Of a stretch of DNA of 50,350 nucleotides, positions 1-9,013 are shown piece by piece. The stretch covers positions 1-50,350 of the forward strand of contig JBAZPK010000001.1 in assembly GCA_041648235.1 (NCBI GenBank). The letters run 5' to 3'. Each line of letters starts with the position of its first letter. Position 1 is the stretch's first letter. The notes beneath the pieces were generated by a model that searched no databases, was not told the DNA's origin, and was given only the letters and a program-made list of their open reading frames with translations. The stretch comes from Thermoleophilia bacterium (GTDB lineage: Bacteria; Actinomycetota; Thermoleophilia; UBA2241). The position numbers and the translations under genes are program-made.

Positions 1-1049
1 AGGGTCTCGGTGGGCGCCATGAGCGCGCCCTGCAGCCCGGCCTCCGCGGCGCGCACCAGGCAGTAGAGAGCGACGACGGTCTTCCCCGAGCCCACGTCGC
101 CCTGCAGGAGCCGGCGCATCGGCACGGTCCGCCTGAGGTCCGCCTCGAGCTCGGCGAGCGCCGACTCCTGGTGGGAGGTGAGCGCGAACGGCAGCGACTC
201 GAGAAACGCCCGGCTGAGCGCACCCGGGGCGGCCAGGGCCGGGGCCGAGACCCGGGCCTGCTGCTCGCCCTTACGGAGCAGCAGGCCGACCTGCATCAAC
301 AGCAGCTCCTCGAGCACCAGGCGTCGCCGCGCGGCCATGGCCTCGTCGAGGTCGCGCGGCGCATGCACGGCGAGCGTGGCGTCGGCGCGGCTCGGCAGGT
401 GTTCGTCGACCCGCAACGCGGCCGGAAGCGGGTCGGGCAGACGCCGCATGACCGGACGCACGGAGCGCAGGAGGCCGCGCAGGAGCCGGGCCGAGACCTG
501 CTCGCTCGCCGGATACACGGGCACGAGGCCCTCGGTGTGGACCGTCTCACCGCCCTCCTCCTCGAGGATCTCATGGCTCTTGACGAGGAAGGTCGGGCGC
601 CCGCCCTTGGGGCGATACGTCCCGCGCACACTGAGCCGCATGCCCGGCGCGAGCACCTTGACGAGGTACCGCTGGTTGAACCAGACGGCGTCGACCGCGC
701 CGGTGTCGTCGCGCAGCGCCACGCGTACCACGGCCACCCGGCGGCGCGCCGTGAGGTCGGCGCTGACGCTCTGCACGGTGCCGCGCACGGTCGCCTCTTC
801 GCCGACCCGGAGGTCGCGCATGAGCTTGCGGTCGCGGAAGTCCTCGTACCGGCGTGGGAAATGCTCGATGAGGTCGCCGACGGTCACGAGGCCGAAGGCG
901 GCGAGGCGCCTGGCGACCGGCCTGGTCACGTGCTCGATCTCGGCCAGCGGGGTCGTGAGGAGGTCGGGGTCGAACGTGAGGCGAGTGAGCGGCGGTCGGC
1001 CTGTGAATGGACCGCCGCCGAAGCGGAGCGGGAGTCGCGGTGCGGTCAC
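1..1049 (-). CDS. recG: ATP-dependent DNA helicase RecG, N-terminal part (C-terminal part lies beyond window position 1)
   Basis: Not in the ORF track because it has no in-window stop. My minus-strand translation reads [71 protein letters not shown]. Near the window edge it reads [40 protein letters not shown], which is RecG-type helicase motif I. GTG at 1049 forms a GTGA overlap with the stop of the upstream DegV gene. Confidence 0.85.
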   Translation of the reverse strand, partial: [349 protein letters not shown]

Positions 1050-1906
1050 TCCGCGATCATTGCGAAGGCGGCGGTCCCGGGGCCGATGTGCGTGCCCACC
1101 ACCGCTCCCACGTGCCCGCGCAGGACGAAGTGCGCGTTGGGCCGCAAACGTTCGATCAGGGCCCGGATGAGCGGCGGCTCCTCGTCGTTGACGGCTTCGA
1201 TGGTCACGAAGTAGAGCTCGTCCTCGGGCCGGCTGTTCTCCTCCACAAAACGCTCCATCGAGGCCAGGGCCTTCTTGAGGCCGCGCACCTTGGCGTAGCC
1301 CTGAAGAGTGCCGTCGATGCCCTGGATGAGCGGCTTGATATCGAGCACGCCTCCCACGAGGGAGGCGGCGCGGCCGATGCGCCCGCCGCGCCGCAGGTAC
1401 TCCAGGGTCGCGGCGTGGACGAGGAGCTTGCAGTCGTCGGTGAAGTGCTGGATGTAGGCGCGTACCTCGGCGATCGTGCAGCCCCGCTCGAGGCGGACGC
1501 GCAGGCGCTCGGCGCACAGCGACAACGCCGTGGTGACGGTGCGCAGGTCGTACACCTCGACGCCGTCGATCTGCGCCGCCGCCTGCTCGGCCGAGCGCAC
1601 CGTGCCGCTCATCTCCCCGGAGATGTGCAGCGAGAACACGTTCTCGTAGCTCCGACGCGCCTCTTCGTAGACGGCCAGAAACTCGCCTGCCGTGGGCTGC
1701 GAGGTCGTGGGCAGGACGGCCGCCGACTGAAGCCGAACGAAGAACTCCTGCGAGGTCATGTCGACGCCGTCGCGGAACGTCTCTTCACCGAAGTGCACCT
1801 TGAGGGGCACCATGAAGAGGCCGGGGCGCTCGAGGAAGCCCGACGGCGGGTCGCACGTGGAGTCGAGGACGATGGCGGTGTTCCTGAGGGTGAGCAGCTC
1901 GGTCAT
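1046..1906 (-). CDS. DegV family fatty-acid-binding protein (FakB-type partner of fatty acid kinase)
   Basis: ORF-track 286 aa with a DegV-like N-terminus (TAIVLDSTCDPP...FMVPLKVHFGEETFRDGVDMTSQEFF). ATGA overlap with the upstream DAK2-domain gene. Confidence 0.85.
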   Translation of the reverse strand: MTELLTLRNTAIVLDSTCDPPSGFLERPGLFMVPLKVHFGEETFRDGVDMTSQEFFVRLQSAAVLPTTSQPTAGEFLAVYEEARRSYENVFSLHISGEMSGTVRSAEQAAAQIDGVEVYDLRTVTTALSLCAERLRVRLERGCTIAEVRAYIQHFTDDCKLLVHAATLEYLRRGGRIGRAASLVGGVLDIKPLIQGIDGTLQGYAKVRGLKKALASMERFVEENSRPEDELYFVTIEAVNDEEPPLIRALIERLRPNAHFVLRGHVGAVVGTHIGPGTAAFAMIAE

Positions 1907-3519
1907 TCGGCGCTCGCAAGGATCGGGTAGAGCGGCTGCCCGCCCTCGTGGAAGTGGACCTCGGCCTCGGGAAGCGTGCGCGCGGCCAGCTCTTCGAGCT
2001 CCGCGCGCGCCACGCCGGAGCCGTTGAGCGCCGTGAGCACGGTGACGTACTCGGCGTCCGCGGCCGCAAAGGCCTCCAGCACACCGACGAAGGCCGCCTG
2101 CAGATCGTCGGCGGCGGCGACCAGCTTGCCGTCGACGATGCCCATGGCCTGATCCTTGCGGACGGGGACGCCGTCCAGCTCCGAGTCCCGCACGGCGCGC
2201 GTGACCTCAGCCGAGTGCACACCCTGGATGGCGTCCTGCATCGCGCGCGCGTTGCCGACGGCGTCGCCGTCCGGGTCGAAGGCCACCATGGCGGCCAGGC
2301 CGACGGGGATGGACGTGGTCGGGACCACGGCGATGTGCCGGCTGCTCATGCCGGCGGCCTGCTCGGCGGTGAGGATCACGTTGCCGTTGTTCGGCAGCAG
2401 GACGACCTCCCCGGCGTCGAGGCCGTCGACCGCCTCCAGGAGCTGGGCGGCGCTCGGGTTCATGGATTGCCCGCCGTCGACGATGGCCCGGCAGCCGAGC
2501 TCGCGGAAGAGCTGCTTGTTGCCCTCGCCGGCGACCACCGCGACCGCCAGGGCGCCGCCGCCGGCTTGCCGCTGCAGGCGGTCGTCGCGCTCCCTCGTCT
2601 GCTCGTGCATGTCTTTGATCTCGACCTCGCTCAAGGCTCCGTACTTGAGCGCTTCGCTGAGCACCACGCCCGGGTCGTTGGTGTGCACGTGGACCTTGAC
2701 CAGCCGCGCGTCGCCGACGACCAGCGCGCTGTCGCCGATGGGCTGCAGAAAGGCTTCGAAGGCCTCCCGCGGGACGGCCTCGCCCTTGATGAGCAGGCTC
2801 GTGCAGTACCGATAGGCTGACAGCTCGGAGGCGTACGGCGGGGCCTGCGGCGCGCCGGCCGCCTCCCCGACGCGCAGGTGTACCGTGGCCCCGGCGACGG
2901 CGAAGCCCCCCTCGGTGAGGTCGTCGAGCCCGGTGGCCAAGCCGCGGAAGAGTACCAGCAGGCCGTACCCGCCGGCGTCGACGACGCCCGCCTTCTGCAG
3001 GGCCGGCAGCTGCTCCACCGTCCTCTCGACGGCCACCCTGCCGGCCTCCTCGACCGTCGCCAGCAGCTTGTCGAGGCCCAGCGTGTCGGGCACGCCGGCG
3101 GCCGCGGCCGCCATCTCCCGGATGACCGTGAGCATCGTTCCTTCGACGGGCTCCTTGACGGCGCGGTAGGCGCTGCTCGCTCCCTCCCGCAGGGCATGCT
3201 TGAACGTGCCGGTCGTGAGCTCTTCGGCACCGCCCCACACATCACACACCCCGCGCACGATCTGCGAGAGGATCACGCCCGAGTTGCCGCGCGCACCCAT
3301 GAGCGACCCTTTGGTGACCGCGGCCGCCACGAGAGGGATGCCGTCGACGTCGCTCTGCTCCAGCTCTTCGAGCACGGCCCGCACGGTGAGCGCGAGGTTG
3401 GTCCCCGTGTCGCCATCAGGGACCGGGTAGACGTTGAGATCGTTGACGACGCCGCGCTCCGACTCGATGGCGGCCAGCGCGGCGCCGATGATCGCGATGG
3501 TGAAGTGACGGACGTTCAA
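1903..3519 (-). CDS. DAK2-domain protein YloV, FakA-type fatty acid kinase subunit
   Basis: 538 aa with the DhaL/DAK2 signature NVYPVPDGDTGTNLALT near the N-terminus. The length and the asp23-yloV-(degV)-recG context match Firmicutes YloV/FakA. TTGA overlap with the asp23 stop. Confidence 0.85.
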   Translation of the reverse strand: MNVRHFTIAIIGAALAAIESERGVVNDLNVYPVPDGDTGTNLALTVRAVLEELEQSDVDGIPLVAAAVTKGSLMGARGNSGVILSQIVRGVCDVWGGAEELTTGTFKHALREGASSAYRAVKEPVEGTMLTVIREMAAAAAGVPDTLGLDKLLATVEEAGRVAVERTVEQLPALQKAGVVDAGGYGLLVLFRGLATGLDDLTEGGFAVAGATVHLRVGEAAGAPQAPPYASELSAYRYCTSLLIKGEAVPREAFEAFLQPIGDSALVVGDARLVKVHVHTNDPGVVLSEALKYGALSEVEIKDMHEQTRERDDRLQRQAGGGALAVAVVAGEGNKQLFRELGCRAIVDGGQSMNPSAAQLLEAVDGLDAGEVVLLPNNGNVILTAEQAAGMSSRHIAVVPTTSIPVGLAAMVAFDPDGDAVGNARAMQDAIQGVHSAEVTRAVRDSELDGVPVRKDQAMGIVDGKLVAAADDLQAAFVGVLEAFAAADAEYVTVLTALNGSGVARAELEELAARTLPEAEVHFHEGGQPLYPILASAE

Positions 3520-3881
3520 TCCTTGAGATCCTCGACGCGGACGCTGATCTCGCCCAGCGGCAGGCCACCGACCTGTCCGAGCTGATAGCGGACCTGCTCC
3601 TGGAGGTTGGCCGTCACCTGAGCGAGATTGACGCCACGCTCCATGACGACGTGCAGACCGATATTGACCGTGTCGCCGACGACGTCGACCTCCACGCCCT
3701 CGGCCAGGGAACCGCGAAACCCGCGAGCCAGCTTGCGCATCGGCGATTCCTGCATGGCGACGACGCCGTAGGTGACGCGCGCTACGGACCCGGCGAGCTT
3801 GGCGATGACCTGGTGGGCGACGATGACGTCGCCGTGAAGGTCCCCAGAGGCGAAGGCGAGTCTGAGGTCGGACGGCGCCAC
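3516..3881 (-). CDS. Asp23/Gls24 family envelope (alkaline shock) stress protein
   Basis: 121 aa with typical Asp23 features (VIAKLAGSVARVTYGVVAM...VDVVGDTVNIGLHVVMERGVNL). GTG start at 3881. Sits upstream of yloV, as Firmicutes yloU does. Confidence 0.85.
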   Translation of the reverse strand: MAPSDLRLAFASGDLHGDVIVAHQVIAKLAGSVARVTYGVVAMQESPMRKLARGFRGSLAEGVEVDVVGDTVNIGLHVVMERGVNLAQVTANLQEQVRYQLGQVGGLPLGEISVRVEDLKD

Positions 3882-3900
3882 AGGAGGACCCCCGAAGGGG

Positions 3901-4110
3901 TCAGGCCTCCGTGCCGCTCAGGCGGTTGAGCTCCTGCACAACGAGCTCGGGGTCCACCTGGTGCAGGATGGCGCCGGCCTCGATGCTCTCCGACTGGGCG
4001 CCGATGCACAGGCAACAGGCCATCCCGTGACTCTCGAGCACGGCCCGGGCACCGTCGTCGGCCGCGAGCGCCTCGAAGATCGACATCTCTTTGCGAAAAC
4101 GCTCCATCAC
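3901..4110 (-). CDS. DUF1858-like small protein (hybrid-cluster-associated redox-disulfide-type domain)
   Basis: 69 aa: ..SIFEALAADDGARAVLESHGMACCLCIGAQSESIEAGAILHQVDPELVVQELNRL. This fits the GM-C-x2-C ... Q-E-(S/T)-I-E ... H-x-(V/I)-D ... L-N pattern of DUF1858 as I remember it. GTG 4110 or ATG 4107 as start, preceded by GAGG. Confidence 0.65.
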   Translation of the reverse strand: MMERFRKEMSIFEALAADDGARAVLESHGMACCLCIGAQSESIEAGAILHQVDPELVVQELNRLSGTEA

Positions 4111-4155
4111 GCCTCGACGGGACGGGGACAGGGCAGGCTGTGCCGGAGGGCGCGT

Positions 4156-4184
4156 TTGCGTTGCCCGACCGGGTGCAGCATACT
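4156..4184 (+). promoter_or_regulatory. candidate sigma-70-type promoter of rpmB (TTGCGT - 17 nt - CATACT)
   Basis: TTGCGT at 4156-4161, a 17-nt spacer, then CATACT at 4179-4184. This lies about 38 nt upstream of the rpmB ATG, in the lower-GC divergent intergenic region. Confidence 0.45.
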
Positions 4185-4221
4185 AGCGCGGCTAGCGACC
4201 AATCAAGCTGAGGGAACGGCT

Positions 4222-4413
4222 ATGTCCAAGATCTGCTTGACCTGCGGCAAGGCGCCCGCGATCGGCAACAACATCAGTCACTCGCACCGCCACACGAAGC
4301 GGCGTTTCGACCCCAACCTCCAGCGGGTGCGCATCCTCGTCGATGGCCACCCCAAGAACGCCTACGTGTGCACCCGTTGCCTCAAGTCCGGGCGCGTGAC
4401 GAAGGCTCTCTGA
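4222..4413 (+). CDS. rpmB: 50S ribosomal protein L28
   Basis: MSKICLTCGKAPAIGNNISHSHRHTKRRFDPNLQRVRILVDGHPKNAYVCTRCLKSGRVTKAL. ATG at 4222 preceded by GAGGGAA. The ORF-track ORF 3961..4413 is trimmed to this internal start. Confidence 0.93.
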   Translation: MSKICLTCGKAPAIGNNISHSHRHTKRRFDPNLQRVRILVDGHPKNAYVCTRCLKSGRVTKAL

Positions 4414-4467
4414 GACATCCGCCTCGCGCCGCGGCGCCCTCGGCGGTGCCGCGACCGGTGTCATCTC

Positions 4468-4490
4468 GAACCCCGCCCTCGGCGGGGTTC
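4468..4490. terminator. perfect hairpin GAACCCCGCC-CTC-GGCGGGGTTC between convergent rpmB and ribH (possible bidirectional terminator)
   Basis: 10-bp GC-rich perfect stem read directly from the sequence. No clear U-tract on either strand. Confidence 0.4.
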
Positions 4491-4516
4491 CGGCGTTAAG
4501 GCACCCTCCGGCCGGC

Positions 4517-4535
4517 GGGCGCGGGCTCCGCGCCC
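4517..4535 (-). terminator. GC hairpin just downstream of ribH (candidate rib operon terminator)
   Basis: GGGCGCGG-GCT-CCGCGCCC (7-8 bp stem), about 20 nt after the ribH stop at 4556. No U-tract. Confidence 0.3.
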
Positions 4536-4555
4536 GTCACCGGCGCGCCGGCCGA

Positions 4556-5020
4556 TCAAGGCAACGCGCGCCCCAGATTGGCCATCTCCAGCGCTGTTGA
4601 GGCCGCCGCCCAGCCCCTGTTGCCGGCCTTGGCACCGGCCCGCTCCACGGCCTGCTCGATCGTGTCGGTGGTGAGTACCCCGAAGACCACCGGCACGCCC
4701 GAATCGAGGCTCACCTTGGCGATCCCCTTGGCGGCTTCGGCGGCCACGTAGTCGAAGTGCGGCGTGGAGCCGCGGATCACCGCGCCCAGGCAGACGACGG
4801 CATCGTACTTGCCGGTCTCCGCCAGGCGCTTGGCGACCAGCGGCATCTCGAAGGCGCCCGGCACCCAGGCGGAATCGACGTCGCCGTCGGCGACATCGTG
4901 CCGCCGCAGGCAGTCGAGGGCGCCCTCGTACAGGCGCGACGAGATCAGCTCGTTGAAGCGCCCGACCACCAGGGCGAACTTCATCCCCTGGCCGCTGAGC
5001 TTGCCTTCGTAGGTCGTCAT
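4556..5020 (-). CDS. ribH: 6,7-dimethyl-8-ribityllumazine synthase
   Basis: 154 aa: [29 protein letters not shown]...[26 protein letters not shown] upstream. Last gene of the rib cluster. Confidence 0.95.
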   Translation of the reverse strand: MTTYEGKLSGQGMKFALVVGRFNELISSRLYEGALDCLRRHDVADGDVDSAWVPGAFEMPLVAKRLAETGKYDAVVCLGAVIRGSTPHFDYVAAEAAKGIAKVSLDSGVPVVFGVLTTDTIEQAVERAGAKAGNRGWAAASTALEMANLGRALP

Positions 5021-5072
5021 CGTGCGGCTCCTTTGCCGTCATGGCTGCGTGTCGTCGGGCCGTGGGGCTCCA

Positions 5073-6371
5073 TCAGCCCTCCGGACCCTCTTCGGTGCTG
5101 AAGAGGTCTTCGTGACGCAGGAGGTGGCCCATCTTCTCGCGCTTGGTTCGCAGGTAGGTGACGTTGTCCTCGTGCGGCACGACCTCGATGTGCTCCCGGC
5201 CCGTGATCTGCAGGCCGTAGCCCTCGAGGGCGACGATCTTCTTGGGGTTGTTGGTCATGATGCGGATCGTCGTGAGCCCGAGGTCGGCGAGGATCTGGGC
5301 GCCGATGCCGTAATCCCGCAGGTCGGCGTCGAAGCCGAGCTCGACGTTGGCCTCCACCGTGTCGCGGCCCTGCTCCTGCAGCGCGTACGCCTTGAGCTTG
5401 TTGATGAGCCCGATGCCGCGGCCCTCCTGCCGCATGTACAGCACGACCCCGAGGCCCTCCTGCTCGATGCGCCGCAGCGCCTCTGCGAGCTGCTCGCCGC
5501 AGTCGCAGCGCTGCGAGCCGAAGACGTCGCCGGTGAGGCACTCCGAGTGCACGCGCACGAGCACGTCGTGCCGGCCGGCGACGTCGCCTTTGACGAGCGC
5601 GACGTGATGGCTGCCGTCCACCACCGACTCGTAGCCGACAGCCTTGAAGTCGCCGTAGCGGGTCGGCATGCTGACCGTCGCGGCGCGGCGGATGAGCTTC
5701 TCCGTGCGGCGCCGGTACTTGATGATGTCGGCAACGGTGACGATCTTGAGCCCGTGCCGGGCGGCGTAGGGCACGAGGTCGGGGACCCGTGCCATGGTGC
5801 CGTCGTCGTTCATGATCTCGCAGATCACGCCGGCTGGGTTGAGGCCGGCGAGGCGGGCGAGGTCGACGCCGGCCTCCGTCTGCCCGGAGCGCTCCAGCAC
5901 TCCGCCGGGCCGCGCCATCAGCGGGAAGATGTGGCCCGGCTGCACGAGGTCCTCTGGCCCGGATTCCGGGTCGATGGCCACCTGGATCGTGTGGGCCCGG
6001 TCGGCGGCCGAGATGCCCGTCGTCACCCCTTCCCGAGCCTCGATGGACACCGTGAAAGCGGTCTGCAGACGAGCCTCGTTGTGGCTCGTCATCGGCGGCA
6101 GGTTGAGCTCGGCGCAGCGCTGAGGCGTCAGCGTCAGGCACACGAGGCCGCGACCCTCCTTGGCCATGAAGTTGATCCGGTCGGCCGTCGCGAACTGCGC
6201 CGCCATCGTGAGATCGCCCTCGTTCTCACGGTCTTCGTCGTCACAGACGATCACCATCTTGCCCTCGCGCAGGTCGTCGAGAGCGTCCTCGACCTCGGCG
6301 AACGGCCGCTCTTCGGCGGCCGGGGCGCGTTCGCCCTCGATCGTCAGGTCGTCAGTCCGGTCGGCACTCAT
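5073..6371 (-). CDS. ribBA: bifunctional 3,4-dihydroxy-2-butanone-4-phosphate synthase / GTP cyclohydrolase II
   Basis: The ORF-track frame 5073..7070 is trimmed to ATG 6371 (MSADRTDD...), which overlaps the ribE stop by 1 nt. DHBP synthase motif [11 protein letters not shown], then the cyclohydrolase II part with [21 protein letters not shown]. Confidence 0.93.
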   Translation of the reverse strand: MSADRTDDLTIEGERAPAAEERPFAEVEDALDDLREGKMVIVCDDEDRENEGDLTMAAQFATADRINFMAKEGRGLVCLTLTPQRCAELNLPPMTSHNEARLQTAFTVSIEAREGVTTGISAADRAHTIQVAIDPESGPEDLVQPGHIFPLMARPGGVLERSGQTEAGVDLARLAGLNPAGVICEIMNDDGTMARVPDLVPYAARHGLKIVTVADIIKYRRRTEKLIRRAATVSMPTRYGDFKAVGYESVVDGSHHVALVKGDVAGRHDVLVRVHSECLTGDVFGSQRCDCGEQLAEALRRIEQEGLGVVLYMRQEGRGIGLINKLKAYALQEQGRDTVEANVELGFDADLRDYGIGAQILADLGLTTIRIMTNNPKKIVALEGYGLQITGREHIEVVPHEDNVTYLRTKREKMGHLLRHEDLFSTEEGPEG

Positions 6372-7009
6372 CAGAACCCCGCTTCCGCTAACTTCTCCCA
6401 GGTGAGTCCCTCGCCGGGCTTGCGCCCCGCGACGAACGCGTGCACGTACTTGGCGATCAGGTCGGCCTCGAGGTTGACCCGCACGCCCCGCGCCAGACGC
6501 GCCAGTGTGGTGGCGGCGGCTGTGTGCGGGATGAGCGAGACGCGCAGCCGCGAGCCGGCGACGCTGACGATGGTCAGGCTCACCCCGTCGACGGCGATCG
6601 AACCCTGCGCGACGCTGACGGACGACACCGCCGTGGGGACCTCGACGTCGACCAACAGCGCGTTGCCTTCCCGCGTCACCGCCGTCACCGTGCCGACCCC
6701 GTCGATGTGGCCGCTCACGAGGTGCCCTCCGAGGCGCGCCTGGAGCGTCAGGGCCCGCTCGAGGTTGAGGCGGTCGCCGGGGCGGCGCTCGGCAAGCGTT
6801 GTGCGCCGCACCGTCTCGGGCATCACGTCGGCCGTGAAGCCGTCCGGCCGCAGGCCCGTGACCGTGAGGCAGGCGCCGTCGGTGAGGATGCTGTCGCCGA
6901 CGGCGCCGCCCTGGGGCACCAGAGTGGCGGCGACGTCGAGAACCGCGCTCGCCGCCCCCACGTGCAGGCTGCGCAGCGTGCCGACCTCCTCGACGATGCC
7001 GGTGAACAT
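6371..7009 (-). CDS. ribE: riboflavin synthase alpha chain
   Basis: 212 aa: [12 protein letters not shown]... with two lumazine-binding repeats ([25 protein letters not shown]). Confidence 0.93.
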   Translation of the reverse strand: MFTGIVEEVGTLRSLHVGAASAVLDVAATLVPQGGAVGDSILTDGACLTVTGLRPDGFTADVMPETVRRTTLAERRPGDRLNLERALTLQARLGGHLVSGHIDGVGTVTAVTREGNALLVDVEVPTAVSSVSVAQGSIAVDGVSLTIVSVAGSRLRVSLIPHTAAATTLARLARGVRVNLEADLIAKYVHAFVAGRKPGEGLTWEKLAEAGF

Positions 7010-8098
7010 CTACCGGCTCTCCGTGATGAGGCTGCCGCTCAGCATGATGTCGTCGCACACCTGGCGCCACTCGACGTCGTGCAGCCGCCAGGCCTTGGCG
7101 ACGGCGCCGACGGCCGGCGACGCGAACAGGTCGGGCGCGCCGCGCCCGACGATGAGCGGCGCCACGAAGAGCGTCACCCGGTCCAGGAAGCCCTGCGACA
7201 GCAGGCTCCCCGCCAGGTCCGGGCCGCCCTCGCAGAGCAGGTCCAGGAGGCCGAGCTCGGCCAGGGCCGCGAGGGCGGCCCGCAGGCCGCCGTCGCCGAC
7301 CTCGATGAGCTCGGCGCCCCGCGCCTCGAGCACGCGCCGCTCCGGCGGGGCCGCGGAGGCGGCGACGACGATGGTGCGCACCTGGCCGGCCGTCAGCAGC
7401 AGCTTCGCCGTCGGCGGCACTTCGCCGTAGCGGGTCACGACCACCCGCACGGGGTTGCGGCCCTCGGTCAGCCGCACCGTGAGCTCAGGGTCGTCGAGCC
7501 GCACCGTGCCTGCGCCGACGAGCACGGCGTCGGCTTCGGCCCGCATCCGGTGCACAGCCCGGCGGCTGTCGAGGCAGCTGATCCAGCGGGCGTCGCCGCC
7601 GGCCGCCGCGACCTTGCCGTCCAGCGTCACCGCCGCCTTGTAGGTCACGCGCGGCAACCCGGTGGCGTGGTACTTGAGGAAGGGCGCATTCTGGCGCCGT
7701 GCCCGCGCCCCCCAGCGCTCCTCTTCGAGGCGCACGCGCACGCTGCCGGCGCGCAGGCGCTCGAGGCCGCGGCCGTCGACCAGAGGGTTCGGGTCGCGGA
7801 GGGCCACTACGGCCTCGGCCACGCCGGCCTCCACGAGCGCATCGGCACACGGCGGGGTCTGCCCCTGATGGCTGCAGGGCTCGAGGGTGCAGTAGAGCGT
7901 CGCCCCCGCCGCCCGCGGCCCGGCGACGGCGAGGGCGAGCACCTCGGCATGAGGCTCGCCCGGGCCGCGGTGGTACCCCTCCCCCACCACCTCGCGGTCG
8001 CGCACGAGGAGGGCGCCGACGAGAGGGTTGGGATGGGTGCTGCCGCGGCCCCGCTCGGCCAGTTCGAAGGCGCGCTCCATATACTGGTCATCGTCCAA
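7010..8098 (-). CDS. ribD: bifunctional diaminohydroxyphosphoribosylaminopyrimidine deaminase / 5-amino-6-(5-phosphoribosylamino)uracil reductase
   Basis: Deaminase zinc motifs HAEVLAL and CTLEPCSHQGQTPPC, followed by a reductase domain. The ORF-track start is TTG 8098. ATG at 8080 (MERAFELA...) is an equally plausible start. Confidence 0.9.
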   Translation of the reverse strand: MDDDQYMERAFELAERGRGSTHPNPLVGALLVRDREVVGEGYHRGPGEPHAEVLALAVAGPRAAGATLYCTLEPCSHQGQTPPCADALVEAGVAEAVVALRDPNPLVDGRGLERLRAGSVRVRLEEERWGARARRQNAPFLKYHATGLPRVTYKAAVTLDGKVAAAGGDARWISCLDSRRAVHRMRAEADAVLVGAGTVRLDDPELTVRLTEGRNPVRVVVTRYGEVPPTAKLLLTAGQVRTIVVAASAAPPERRVLEARGAELIEVGDGGLRAALAALAELGLLDLLCEGGPDLAGSLLSQGFLDRVTLFVAPLIVGRGAPDLFASPAVGAVAKAWRLHDVEWRQVCDDIMLSGSLITESR

Positions 8099-8100
8099 CG

Positions 8101-8130
8101 CAAAACGCCCCGGAGCCAGGCCCCAGGGCG
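8101..8130 (-). terminator. intrinsic terminator forming the expression platform of the FMN riboswitch
   Basis: The minus strand reads CGCCCTGGGG-CCTGG-CTCCGGGGCG-TTTTG, a 10-bp stem including two G-U pairs followed by a U4 run. It ends 3 nt before the ribD TTG start. Confidence 0.6.
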
Positions 8131-8149
8131 GACGACGCGACGGCGTCGC

Positions 8150-8266
8150 AGCGTGCTTCTTTCATCCGGACTTTGACCGTCGGCCCAGGAGTCTCACCTG
8201 GTCGGCCTCCGAAGAGGTTCGCGGGCTTTCACCGCCGGTGGGGACTTTCACCCCGCCCTGAAGCAG
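8150..8266 (-). promoter_or_regulatory. FMN riboswitch (RFN element) aptamer
   Basis: The minus strand reads CTTCAGGGCGGGGTGAAAGTCCCCACCGGCGGTGAAAGCCCGCGAACC...GGCCGACGGTCAAAGTCCGGATGAAAGAAG. Both conserved halves of the RFN consensus are present, with a P1 helix CTTC/GAAG. It sits directly 5' of ribD. Confidence 0.9.
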
Positions 8267-8283
8267 CTTGATCGTGCCCCTGG

Positions 8284-8289
8284 ATTATA
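8284..8289 (-). promoter_or_regulatory. consensus -10 box TATAAT for the rib operon, overlapping the rpe stop codon
   Basis: The minus strand reads GCC GTA TAA TCC, so the TATAAT hexamer contains the rpe TAA stop. It lies about 20 nt upstream of the riboswitch P1 helix. No good -35 is visible (GCGCAG/GGCGCA). Confidence 0.4.
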
Positions 8290-8965
8290 CGGCTTCGGTG
8301 GCGGCCTGCGCCAGCTCGGCGAAACGGCCGCCGATATCGCGCCCGCCGAACACGCTGGAACCGGCGACCAGAAGGTTGGCGCCCGCCGCCACGAGCGTCG
8401 CCGCGTTGTGGACGTCGACGCCACCGTCGACCTCGATCGCCACCGTGTCAGGCAGGAAGGCCCGGGCTCGCTCGATCTTGGCGATGGATGTCTCGATGAA
8501 GCTCTGACCCCCGAACCCGGGGTTCACCGACATCACGACGACGAGGTCGCAGAGCGTCCGTACCTCTGCCAGCGTCTCGACCGGCGTGGCTGGGTTGAGA
8601 GCCACGCCGGCGGCGACGCCCGCCTCGCGGATCTGCGCCAGCACCCGGTGGAGATGGGTGCAGGCCTCCTGATGGACGACGACGACGTCGGCGCCGGCGA
8701 CGGCGAACGCCTCGACATACCGCTCGGGGCGTTCGATCATGAGGTGCACGTCGAGCAGGCCGCCCGCCCCGTGGACCAGCGGCTTGAGCGCCGCCACGAC
8801 CAGCGGCCCGATGGTGATATTGGGCACGAAACGGCCGTCCATGACGTCCACATGGATGACTCGCGCGCCGGCGTTGAGCACGGCTTCCACGTCGTCGCCC
8901 AAGTGGGCGAAGTCGGCCGAGAGGATCGACGGCGCTACGTTGACGGCGTGCAACAGGTCCGGCAT
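8285..8965 (-). CDS. rpe: ribulose-phosphate 3-epimerase
   Basis: 226 aa: VAPSILSADFAHLGDDV...IHVDVMDGRFVPNITIGP...MSVNPGFGGQSF. SD GGAGGAG precedes the ATG at 8965. Confidence 0.93.
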   Translation of the reverse strand: MPDLLHAVNVAPSILSADFAHLGDDVEAVLNAGARVIHVDVMDGRFVPNITIGPLVVAALKPLVHGAGGLLDVHLMIERPERYVEAFAVAGADVVVVHQEACTHLHRVLAQIREAGVAAGVALNPATPVETLAEVRTLCDLVVVMSVNPGFGGQSFIETSIAKIERARAFLPDTVAIEVDGGVDVHNAATLVAAGANLLVAGSSVFGGRDIGGRFAELAQAATEAV

Positions 8966-9013
8966 GGGCTCCTCCGTGGCGTGGGGCGGCGCGGCCGTGG
9001 CCGCGCGCCCATT

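Noticed and set aside
5022-7430. Very long plus-strand ORFs in the track, for example 5022..7430 (802 aa), 6440..8176, 14207..15763, 37575..39398, 42716..44233 and 43920..45746.
   Set aside because: They run antisense to strongly supported minus-strand genes (ribBA/ribE/ribD, metK, EF-G, nadD/proA and others). Their translations are Arg/Ala/Gly/Pro-rich low-complexity strings with no recognisable motifs. Long stop-free antisense frames are expected at this GC content.
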